DNA of 60,984 nucleotides from Eledone cirrhosa (lineage: Eukaryota): positions 1 through 60,984 of the forward strand of contig CAXHJY010001626.1 of assembly GCA_964016885.1 (NCBI GenBank). The letters are read 5' to 3'. Under the pieces are notes generated by a model. That model was not told where the DNA came from. It worked only from the letters and a program-made list of their open reading frames with translations, and ran no database searches. Positions 17,652-29,900 of the stretch are shown here, piece after piece. Positions within the stretch are counted from its first letter, which is position 1, and each line of letters opens with the position of its first letter. Both the position numbers and the translations under genes were made by a program.

Positions 17652-17921
17652 ATATGGAGTCAGCAGTACAGTAAAAAGAATGTTGATTAGAATCAAGGTC
17701 AGCAACTAAGTATATGTAATTACTGAAGATCTGAGGAAATTCCAGAAGTTTGCCTGAGATGAGTTGACACAGCAAACACAAGGCAGGAAGTTGTAATGAA
17801 AGAGGAATCATTTGAACACTAAAAAAAAATGAGAGAGAAGTAGGTGTAGCAAAATGTTGGTTCTAGGAAATATATAGTGCAGAGGAGGGTTAGGAAATGA
17901 ATATATATCCCAATGCCATAT

Positions 17922-18860
17922 ACCAATGGTCTCCAACCTTTTTCTATGGTACAAACCTCAGATATTACTAAGATAATTATTAAGAACCCTTAAATTTGGT
18001 ATTTCATGATACAAACACCAAATATTACTAATCTTTTTGTTTTGAACTGTTTTATCTCCACATTTGAAAAGGGGGTATTAGCCCTGAAATATCATGTTGA
18101 GATATACTGGGTAGTTTTGTCTGATTTGACATGATTTACCCTTTATATTTTTCTCCCCCCATTGAACCAGCGTTTTAAAACTTCTACTGAGAGACTTGTA
18201 GAGAACCTTTAAAGTTGATATTTCACAATATGAACCCTAAATATTACTGAGTGACTTATCAAGACCCCTTAAACTTGACATTTCATGATGTGTACCCCAA
18301 ATATTACAGAGAGATGTATAAAGAAGTTCCTTAAACTTGATATTTCACAATACAAGCCCTAAATATTACTGAGAGACTTATAAATAACTCTTAACCCTTT
18401 TGATACCAAACTATTTTAAACTACCCTGGTTTTAGGATACAAAACTGGCCATTTCAAGATGTTCATACTTATAGTAAAACATTCCACCATATTTGTATTT
18501 AAGAAATTGTGAAAAAAATGTTCCAATCATAAGCTTACTATGAAACAGTTAGTTGTTTTATTAAATTCTTCCAAATTCTTGATTACTTTCAAAATTAATT
18601 GACACACGGAAGCAATGTATTTCATTAGAAATAAGATGAGGAAAAGAAACTTGATATTCCACAATACAAACCCCAATTATTATTGAGAGACTTATAAAGA
18701 ACCCTTACACCTTTGGAAAACACTATACCATTTCATAAAATAATAATTTATATTAAAGTAGAAGCTTTAGAATGCCATAAAGAACTCTCAAACTTTAATG
18801 ATAAATCCTTATTTCACGAACCTTAAAACTGTTTTAGTAAAGCCTTTTGGTTTGCAGAAA
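17922..18860 (+). mobile_element. hAT-like non-autonomous element with internal ~58-bp tandem units and a nested piggyBac-like MITE (18391-18650)
   Basis: Start ccaatggtctccaacctttt resembles a hAT end; unit aagaacccttaaacttgatatttcacaatacaaaccccaaatattactgagagacttata; second copy at 30.7-31.1 kb. Confidence 0.55.
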
Positions 18861-19121
18861 CCCAGGTAAAAGAATGACGAAATTAGGTTTATTTTTCAAC
18901 ATAGTCCCTGGAAAGAAACATAGCAGTTATTAATAAGAAAGTTGAAATTAATGCATACAGGATTTCACAGCTCTAACATCACTGCTTCATAGTTAGCAGA
19001 TTAACGTTTCAGCCAACCCTTGTATATCACTAATATGGTATCATATCAGATACATACCACTAACGTAGTGCTGCAATAGACACATATTACTCAATATGGT
19101 GTTAAAGCACACACATTATAT

Positions 19122-20849
19122 ATGATGAAATGCAGTTTGGGTTTGTGTTAGGTAAAAGTACCACAGACACTATTTTCTTTGTACGACAACTACAGGAGAA
19201 GTACCTAGCTAAAAGTAAACCCCTATACTTAGAATTTGTTGACTTGGAGAAAGCGTTTGACAGAGTCCCCCGCTCCATTATCTGGTGGGCTCTTAGAAAA
19301 CTAGGTGTTGATGAATGGCTTGTGAGAGCTATACAAACCATGTATAAAGAAACAGTCAGCAAAGTTAGAATTAACAATGAATATAGTGAAGAATATAGCA
19401 TAAAAATTGGTGTTCATCAAGGCTCTGTCCTTATCCCCCTCCTATTTATTATTGCCCTTCAGGCTATAACAGAAGAGTTCAAGACCGCCTGCCCATGGGA
19501 ACTTCTATACACAGATGATCTAACTCTCATAGCTGAATCGATGACTGAACTAGAGAAGAAATTCCAAACATGGAAGCACGGCCTAGAATTAAAAGGCCTT
19601 AAAGTTAACTTGTCTAAGACTAAAGTTCTAGTATGTAGAAAGGAAAATAGGGTACAGGTACCCTCTGGGAAATGGCCATGCTCAGTGTGAAGGAAAGGAG
19701 TAGGCAGAAATTCCATTTTATGTCCCAAATGCAAACTATGGGTACATAAAAGATGTAGTGGGATCACAGGTAAGCTATCTAAGAACGTAGATTTTATATG
19801 TCGCTGATGGTCAGGTGCAATAAGTAGCAAGTGCCCACAGGATACTAGCTCCTTCTATTGCCCAGATGGTTCTATAGAAATAGTGGACACCTTCCGTTAC
19901 CTGGGTGACAAAATCAGCAGTGGTGGAGGGTGCTCTGAAAGTACAGAAGCCAGAGTCAGAACGGGATGGAAAAGGTTCAGAGAGCTGATACCACCATTGG
20001 CCACTAAAGGTTTCTCTCTAAAAATGAAAGGCAGATTGTATGATGCCTGCATACGAACAGCAATGTTACATGACAATGAGACATGGGCATTGTGTGCAGA
20101 GGATCTGTGCATACTGAAGAGGAACGAAGCATGTATGCTCTATTGGATGTGTAATAGTAATATACGTGAACAGCAAGGCATAAATGAACTAAGTGAGAAA
20201 TTAGGAATAAGAGGGATCAGATGCTGTTTACTTGAGAGAAGACTACATTGGTACGGTCACGTGATGCGCATGAAAGACGACAGTTGTATAAAAAGTGCAG
20301 GGCGATCAAAATTGATGGAAGTTACGGAGTAGGCAGACCCAGAAAAACCTGGGACGATTTGATAAATCCCGACCTTACACACTTACGCCTCTCTAAGACA
20401 ATGTCACTGGACTAAGATCTTTGGCGCTACGCAGTAATACAGAAGACCCGCCTTACCTATGTACATAGCGAAACCTACAGTCAGTAGGCACCTCTTAACC
20501 AAATATACACCCCATCCCACTACCCCCCCTCCCCGCTCCCACCAACACCACCCTTTCTCTGTAAAGTTATGTTGGTACCACAACATCCAGTCCAAAATAA
20601 ATGAGGTTGTGTAGGTGTCACGACAAAAAACACACAGTCCATGCTGTAATGTGGCCGTGTAGGTAACAGTAAAAACCTCCCAGTCCACTGTAAACGTGGT
20701 TGGTGTTAGGTAGGGCATCCAGCTGTAGAAAACCTGCCAGACAGTCCTATGCGAGCAAGACATGGTCACCCAACCAATCTTGCCTCAAGTGGGACAATTC
20801 CCGTCTAAACCCATGCTAGCGTGGAAGATAGACGTTAAACAATGATGAT
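19122..20849 (+). mobile_element. 5'-truncated RTE-clade LINE (RT C-half, PHD-like finger, 3' UTR), with stops
   Basis: QFGF..GKSTTD, FVDLEKAFD, GVHQGSVL, LYTDD, FRYLG, RRLHWYGHV; stops near 19688 and 19806; (GAT)n tail. Confidence 0.95.
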
Positions 20850-21179
20850 ATATATATATATATAATGTTACTCTATTATGCTGCCATATCTGATAGGTGT
20901 CACTAATATAGGGTAAAAAATTTTCAAACTTACTAACATGACATGATAATATGTTTAATAGGACTAATGTGCCATTGTGAATGTAATGGTTAAGGGGTTT
21001 GCTTCACAGCCATGTGGTTTTAGATTAAATCCCACTGAGAGGCACATTGAGAAAGTATCTTCTACTATAGACCTGGACCAATCAGTGCCTAATAAGTGAA
21101 TTTAGTAGATGGAAGCTGTGAGAAAGCTACTCGTGTGTGAGAGAGAGGGTGCAAATATTAATATCCACACCATTTACAG

Positions 21180-21545
21180 CAAGCAGTGGATGAACGGAGA
21201 TAAAATAACATAGTTTAGTCTTGCAAGATTCAAAGCAAACTCACTACTGCTAGTGCCAAGATAACTGTTAACCAATACACTCTGTAGAGTGGTTAGCAAA
21301 CACACAGAGACAATGTAGGGTTGAGAGGGTCCTTTTTGTCCTGCCGAGGACATAACCACCTCTTTAATGCTGTTGCCGTGATAAAATGCACCCAGTATAC
21401 TTTGTAAAGTGGTTGGAGTTTGGAAGGACATCCAGCCATAGAAACCATGAAAAAGAATGAATGTATAAGCAAGAGGTGTTTCTCTGAATCTCCAAATCTC
21501 AGGCTCTGGGGACCTGTTCAACCCTTGCTAGCATGGAAAGCATGT
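21180..21545 (+). mobile_element. Diverged RTE 3' UTR fragment
   Basis: gtggttggagtttggaaggacatccagcc ... aacccttgctagcatggaaa. Confidence 0.6.
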
Positions 21546-21562
21546 TTAGCTTTTAAATTTAC

Positions 21563-21750
21563 CTAACTACTTCTGATAAAAGTATTTAATTCAGCCTCCT
21601 GCCTTTCATGCCTCTGGGAAATGACTCCGAGATACTTGAACTTCTCCTGATGCAGTGCAACTCCACTCACACGCAGAGTGTACCATGCAGGCTTACTCGA
21701 AAGGACTAGCTTCCCAGTGTTTGAAGCACTGATTCCTACATTCCTGACAC
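21563..21750 (-). pseudogene. RT C-terminal fragment of a second RTE family lacking the PHD insert
   Basis: Minus translation GISASNTGKLVLSSKPAWYTLRVSGVALHQEKFKYLGVISQRHERQEAELNTFI. Confidence 0.7.
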
Positions 21751-22079
21751 TAGACCAGTGATTCCTAAACCTCTTGTCACAGAATCCTTACCCTAAATCA
21801 CATATACAAGAAGAGCTAGATAGAAAGGAAAGCTAGAAAGGGAGAGAGCAAGTGAGACACACAGACACAAAACAACATTAAAAGATATAATACTGAATTC
21901 TGATGTCAATGAAAGCAGCAAAAAGAATGATTAAGTTAGATTGTCAGCCTTTATGTGACAGACGGACAGGGATGACTTCAATTATAATATAGATTAATAA
22001 TAAGTTTCGACAGTTTGCAGAAACATTAGCTACATTAAATATCGTTTTAAATGTTGATGGCAGCTCAAAGCAATTAGCC

Positions 22080-23452
22080 TCAGTATGGTTTCTTTCCTCC
22101 ATTTCCCCTGCTGCTATCTCGAAGGTCCTGCAAAATTCTGTTGTACTGCTCTTCTCCAGCTTTGACTATAGCACAAGAAGAATGAGCAATAAATACAGAA
22201 TGATTGCAAAGAGGTAAGATAAACAAAAACATTATAAAAGATAAATAGTATAGAAAGAAATAAGTAAAGTCAAAATAGAAATATTTATATAACTGACAAT
22301 ATATTGTTGCTCAGTGATGTCTGCTATCTTTTCTTTATAGTACAATATTTCAACATTGATGAGGTTCTATTATGGTCATAATTGCTTGGGCTATTAGCCT
22401 CATCTTTACTATGTATATATATATATAATATATAAGTGAAGGCGTGTGGCTGAGTGGTTAGAGAATTGGATTCGCAATCGTAAGGTTGTGAGTTCGATTC
22501 CTGGACCAGGTGATGCGTTATGTCCTTGAGCAAGACACTTTATTTCACGTTGCTCCTTCTACCGGGAGTTGCGACCGATAGATAGTATTAGCAATTGGAA
22601 AGACCAATGGAAACATTGTTCCCTCGGTCCGATTTGACGAAAGTCGATCGTTCCTTTATATATAATATATATATCTACACTATTAGCCTCATCTTTACTA
22701 TGTATATATATAATATATCTACACTATTAGCCTCATCTTTACTATGTATATATATAATATATCTACACTATTAGCCTCATCTTTACTATGTATATATATA
22801 ATATATCTACACTATTAGCCTCATCTTTACTATGTATATATATAATATATCTACACTATTAGCCTCATATTTACCATGTATATTTATAATATATATATTT
22901 ACACTATGAGCCTCATATTTACAGTGACATTTACACTATATGTATATCCTTAAATTATTAACTTGTCCAACCCATGCAAGCATAAAAAAGATGCGATATA
23001 TATATATATATGCTAGTGTGGAAAGTGGACGCTAAACGATGAGCAAGGTACCAATATTAGCACTCTATGCTATATATTAAGAACAAAAGGAGGTTTCACA
23101 TTGAGGTTTTTATTTATTAGGCTCTGTTACAAATGTTTCACGGATGGGTGGTTCAGGATCTACATTAGTAGACCCCCCCCCCCCCCCAGCTTCAATCTGT
23201 TTATCAGACTTGTTAATTAAGCAAAACCAAAATCTCAACTCATGCGAAACCACATTTTTTTCTTAATATATATATATTTTGTTGTTGTTGTTGTTGTTGT
23301 TGGATTGCCAGTCTGAAGAGCAGATTGATAATGGAGTCAGATCCATAACTTCTATGGGTGACCTTGGGCCAATCATCTGTGAAACATGCGTAACAGGTCA
23401 ATACACGATAAAAAACTAAATACATGTAAACAAAACTTCTTCATTTTTCTTA

Positions 23453-23494
<42 letters not shown>

Positions 23495-23928
23495 TAATAA
23501 AATAATGAATAAACAAAGAAACAGTTCCTTATATTAAAAAAAATTCATCATTTTACGATCGTTTCTAGGATATATATGTGTTAGAGTTGGTATGCATATT
23601 CTATAGATCTATGTACAATATTTATACAAACTATCAGAGGAAATATACATACCTACACATAGATATGCTGTCTTTAGAAATGAATTTTTTTTAATATAAG
23701 GAACTGTTTCTTTGTTTATTCATTATTTTATTAATTTATCTTGACTCTGTTTTCCGTTTATTTTTCACCGAAAATAGTTTTTGAATGCATCTTCTCTTTT
23801 CATGATATCCGGATTACATTGAGTTCTTCATACAGATTGGACACTACCGTAAACTTTTGGTAGATTTATCTACATACTATATATATATATATATATATAC
23901 ACACACATATATATATATACACACACAC

Positions 23929-23965
<37 letters not shown>

Positions 23966-26900
23966 GAGGCATACATATACACTATAAGCCTCAACTTTAC
24001 AGTGTATAGTGATTATATATCCACTACTAACCTTATCTTTACCATGTATCATCATCATCATCGTTTAACGTCCATGTTCCACGCTTGCATGGGTTTGGAC
24101 GGGAGTTTTCCCACTTGAGGCAAGAGTGGTTGTCTTGCTCGCATAGGACTGTCTGGCGGGTTTTCTACAGCTGGATGCCCTTCCTAATACCAACCACATT
24201 TACAGTGTGGGACTGGGAGGTTTTTACCGTGTTGCCTACACGGCCACATTACAGCGTGGACTGTGTGTTTTTTGTCGTGACACCTACACGATCTCATTTG
24301 TTTCGGTCTGGATGTTGTGGCACCAACATAACTTTACATTGAAAGGGGCGGTGTGGATGGGGTGGGGGTGGTGGGACGGGGGTGTGTTTTGTTAGAAATG
24401 CCTACTGACTGTAGTAGGTTTTACTTTGTATTCAGGTAAGGCGGGTCTTCTCTATTACTGAGTACTGCCAAAGATCTCGGTCCAGTGACATTGTCTTGGA
24501 GAGGTGTAAGTGTGTGAGGTCGGAATTTATCAGGTCGTCCCAGGTTTTTCTGGGTCTGTCTACTCCGTGGCTACCGTCTATCTTTATTGCCCTGCACTTT
24601 TTTATACAGCTGTCGTCTTTCATGCGCATCACGTGACCATACCAACGTAGCCTTCTCTCGACTAAACATCTGATCCCTCTTATTTCTAATTTTTCCCTTA
24701 GTTCGTTTATGCTTTGCCGTTCGCGTATATTACTATTACACATCCAGCGGAGCATGCAAGCTTCGTTCCTCTCTAGTCTGCGTATATCCTCTGCACACAA
24801 TGCCCAGGTCTCACTGCCATGCAACATTGCTGTTTGTATGCAGGCATCATACAGCCTGCCTTTCATTTTTAGGGAGAACCCTTTAGCGGCTAATAGTGGT
24901 ATAAGCTCTCTGAACTTTTCCCATCCAATTCTGACTCTAGCTACTGTACTTTCAGAGCACCCTCCCCCACTGCTGATTTTATCACCCAGGTAACGGAAGC
25001 TGTCCACTATTTCTTTAGAACCCTCTGCGCAATTGAAAGAGCTAGTATTTTGTGGGCACTTGCTGCTACTTATTGCACCAGAGCACCGGCCACATGTAAA
25101 ATCTATGTTCTTAGTTAGCTTACCTGTGATCCCACTACATCTTTTATGCACCCATACTTTGCATTTGGGACATAAAATGGAGTTTCTACCTACGCCTTTC
25201 CCACACACTGAGCATGGCCATTTCCCGGAAGGGACCGGCACCTTATTTTCTTTCCTACAAACTAGAACTTTAGTCTTAGCCAGGTTAATTTTAAGGCCTT
25301 TTGATTCTAGGCCGTGCTTCCATGTTTGGAATTTCTTCTCTTGTATATTTACAATATTTATATCTACACTGTTAACCTCATATATATATATATAATTACA
25401 ATATTCATACCTAGATTATTAACTTAATATTTAGACATTATCTGTTTACAATATATCTATACTACTCCCCTTATCTTTACAGTGTATATGTTCAATATTT
25501 ATATCTTCACTATGTATTTCATGTTTACAGTATATATTTACAATATTTCTATATATGCCCTATTAACTTGATCTTTAAAGTATATATATATACAATATTT
25601 TTATATATAAACAATTAACCTTATAATTAGAGATAATTAAATCACTGGTAATATCCTCTTTAATTTGTATTTCAATTATCGTAGAATATAAGTCGTAGCT
25701 GTTTAACCACCATCTCCACCCAAAAACCCTGCAAGTGCAAAAATCCACATGTGACTTATCTATTGTACTTTGCTCTGGACTTAAAATCTGTTGTACACAC
25801 AGATAGAGAGGAAAATGGCTGTGTACATGGGTGTTTGGTTATGTCACACTATATGAAAATCAACATTGTAAATAAATATACATTGATGATGCCATGCATA
25901 AAAACTGCTTGAACAGAATTCAATTCTCCTATATAAACACATTCTATTACGATATATAGTCATATGAATTTTTATATACAAGCCTTCCACTTGTGCAAGA
26001 CATGTATATACACAGTTCTCCATTGCTCGACTGGTTGTAATTTTAATGCTTATAAGATGGTGTATATATTGTCAATGAATCAGAAGAAATGAATTAATAG
26101 CACCAGTTAAACTGTTTATTTCAATTAAATATTGGGGTTTTTATTACTATTATTATTTTAACACTAAGGGCGGTGGAATGGCAATATTGGTAGAGGGTCA
26201 GACACCATGCTTTGACGCATAGAGTTATGGCCCTTGCCATTCTGAGTTCAACCATCAATTTTTTTTGTCACATACATATTCCTTGGCTTATATCCGAGTA
26301 CATACGGTAAATTATTTTTAGTGATTATGTTGAGTCATGAATTAAAGGAACTAAATACACCCAGAGAATGACTAAAAGAAATATGAGTCTTCCTTGTGTA
26401 CAAACAATTGATTCCATGGCAGAATAAACTAAATATAAAATGTTCTTTTGGCATGTTATTTGGTGATTTACAATGAAAATACTGAATCCTCTCAAATGAG
26501 AGTAAGAATTATAACTTAGAAAACAAATGTTATTGGTATTGTCATCATATTACAACTACCAATTTAAAAATAAAACTCCATTAAGCAACAAGCAGTCAGT
26601 CTGACTTGATACTTTGTGTTTTTTCTAGAAATTTCTATTAATTTGCTGAAAGAATTAAAATAGGTACCCAGCTGTATAAAGGTGCAGGAGGAGAGATACA
26701 TCAAGTATACAATATACCAGGAATCAGGAAACCTTTTCAATATGAAGAGCTATATTTGACTAAATAAAATAATAAAGATTTTTTACCAACAATTTGGGGA
26801 CATGAGTAAGCTGAGTATATTAACCACAATACTAAAGAAGTATTTTATTTTTTGACCATGGAAGGATGAACAGCAAAGTTAACCATGGTAGAATTTGAAC

Positions 26901-29900
26901 TCTAGAGTGCAGACAGCCGAAACAAATACTGTACAGCATTCTCTCTGATACTCTAATGCTCTGCCAATCTACTGCACTTTTTTTGTTAATTTTGATGGCT
27001 GAATGCCCTTCCTGATGCTATCTCTCCTTGTTCATTTTTTAATGTAAGGTATGGATCTTTACACAACTGCTGAGCAGTAGGGCTTTTGTTTACACAGGAT
27101 GTAAATAAATATACGCCCTCTCAACCCATTTTGGCATGGTTTCTATGGCTAGATGCTCTTCCTATCATCAACTATTTTACAAAGTTTACTAGTTGTGTTT
27201 ATTGTGATACTAGCATTACAAAGGTTGTTGTGCTCCGAACACAACTGAAGACTCCTCTAAACCTTCTTTTGGCATCGTTTCTGAAGCTTGATGCCATTCA
27301 TAACACCAACCATTTTACAAAGTGCACTAGCACTAAGGAGGTTGTGGGTCATTGACTCAACTGAAGAGCACTTTCTACCTATGTAAGGTATGATAACTGG
27401 TAGAATAATTTTCTTAAGCATTGCTCACTGTGGTAAAACAAAGGTAATAGGTAGATATTATAGTGGTAAAGCAAAACCAAAGATAAAGGCAGGTCAGTGT
27501 GACATAGTTACAGCTGTAGTGGCAGGCAAAATACAAAAGAAAAAGAAGAAAAAAATCAGTTTGCTTTCATACCCATAGTTGTGGTGATATGATCAGTTTC
27601 ACTAAAATGAACAACTACACAGAAATGTGAATTGATGTGTTCCGACATATTAATTCACCTAGGTACATAGATAAAGTCATAACTACTACCATTTTAAGTA
27701 CTGAGTCAGCTCTCTCAAGCTCTATTCTGACACACCTACTGACTTAAGTAATGGCTCAGCTTTCACTAGCTCCAGTCCGACACCTACTAAAGTGCTGGGT
27801 CAGCTCTCACTAGCTCCAGCCTGACACACCTACTAACTTAAGTGCTGGGTCAGCTAGCTCCAGCTAGACACGCCTACCATTTTAAGTGCTGTCCTCTCTC
27901 ATATGAAAGTAACAGCTGGCTAAACCTAAATCATGCCACTTACGGTCAATAGCCGATACCTGGCCACTGGTGCTGCACTTTGTATTGTTCCAGACAATTA
28001 ACTCCCAACATCTTGTCCTACCTAACTGTACATGACTTAGAAGCTAGGTAGAGTATTGAGCCCACGATTGCAAAGTTGTGAGTTCAATTCTCAGACCAGG
28101 CAGCACATTATGTCTTTGAACATGGCACATTGTTCCAGTTCACTCAATTGGAAAAAATGAGTTGCAATAACACTGGTGCTGTGCTGTGTCAACCATTGCT
28201 TTTCACTTGGACGATATCAATATGAAGAAAGGAGACTTGGATGTATGAGAAAATGAGGGTCTTCCACAAAAACACTTTACTCAGAAGAGGAATTTTCCAG
28301 GTGTAAACCCATGGTCAGTCTTGACTGAAGGGAGTCTAGTTTAGTTGTAGATAAAGGTTTAGGCCAGTATTTACTAAAATGGGTTCCACAAAATAAGGTG
28401 TCTTTTAATAAAATTTCATAAAAATTTATTATAGGTTATTTTCTAAATAAAATTCTTTCTAAAGCAATTTTTATTTCATTTAATGTTTCTGGATGATGAG
28501 GATTGTCCAACAAAATACAGTTATGGGTTCCACAAGTTTATTGAAAAAATGATATATGGGTTGTGCAGCAAAGAAAGTTTGATTTACACTAATGTACTTT
28601 TACCAAGGCCCTGAATTATATGCCTTCCAGAAGGAAATATCTAGTTCAAAATATTACAGTAAAAGTTGAGTATGAATAGCTAAAATATCGAAACAGAAGT
28701 GTATCAACATAGGCTTTGAGTAGTCATAAGGTATATTCACCATCTTTGAAGAAATACAAATTGAAATTTTAAAATAAAAATGTCAACAGAGATTTATTTA
28801 TCCAGTTAACTAAGTCCAAGAATTTAACCTTTTTGATACCAAGCCTTCTGAAACTGCTTCTGGTTCTATGATACAAAATTGTTTATTCTAAAGTCTTTAT
28901 ATTTATCAAAAAACCCTTCTATGATAATTTTGTGAGAATCTTTGTGATATTATGTCTCAAACAGCAGGTTAATAATGAGAAAGCTCCATTTTCTTGATTA
29001 TTTTCAAAATGATTTGAAAATTATAAGTAGTGTCTTTCCTTAGAAATATGCTAACGGAAGGTTTAAGAAAGAGACAGTTTTAATGTAATTAATTCAATAG
29101 TATGGAGATGAAAAGTACTCCTGACTTATTGTCTTATCATAAAGACCAATGAGAAAGTGTCCTATGATGAAAGAGGCTTAACTATTCATCAGTATCATTA
29201 TACAAAACATAAGAAATGTAATGGTTCTTTGTATAAATCAACAATGTACAGTGTCAGAAACATAAGCTGATTATGATGTGACAGCAACATATTTAGACAA
29301 GTTTGCATACTTTATCAATTATGTCAAATTACCTGGACCATGTATAGTATATTGACAAAATTGTTTAGTATTGGCAGAGTTGTTACGGTGTCAGATTTAA
29401 TGTTTTAACATTTGTTCTGACTCACTGTGCTCTGAATTCAAATCCCATCAAAATAAACTTTACCTTTCATCTATCTGGGGCCGTTAAATAGATTATCAGT
29501 TCAGGAGCAGTGAACTGGTGGGATTGTTAACAACTCAGATAAGGTATTTCATAGTATCTGATTCAGCTCTTATCATTCTGAGTGACAACAGGCAAATAAT
29601 ATCCGGAATGAAAGACCAATAGAAACAGTTTCTTGGGTCCATTCTGATAATCAGATCTTTTCAATTTTTTGCTTCATGATTGTAAAGAAATGGTAAAAAG
29701 TGCTGCAGTTATATAAAAGTTCTAGTTTGTGAAAACACAGCAGAGTTACACAAAATCAATCATATTTTAACAAGCGTTAAAAGGCCATTTTCCCTGTTAA
29801 AGCAGGGATATTAACCTTGCAGGTCCCATGGTATGTTTCATACTCATCAATTGGGTCATTTTTGAGGCAACGTCTAGTAAATGGGGATAAAAGTAGATTG

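Noticed and set aside
17720-17755. CTGAAGA followed by a tctg/caga hairpin
   Set aside because: No GAAA or stem I; other isolated CTGANGA hits (30255, 37145 minus, 39095, 48145) were dropped for the same reason
19459-19830. Antisense ORFs over RTE copies (also 24709, 25033, 55547, 56027)
   Set aside because: Shadow frames of the LINE ORF
22436-22510. tRNA-like sequence
   Set aside because: Head of a SINE that continues into a CORE-like domain; no complete cloverleaf
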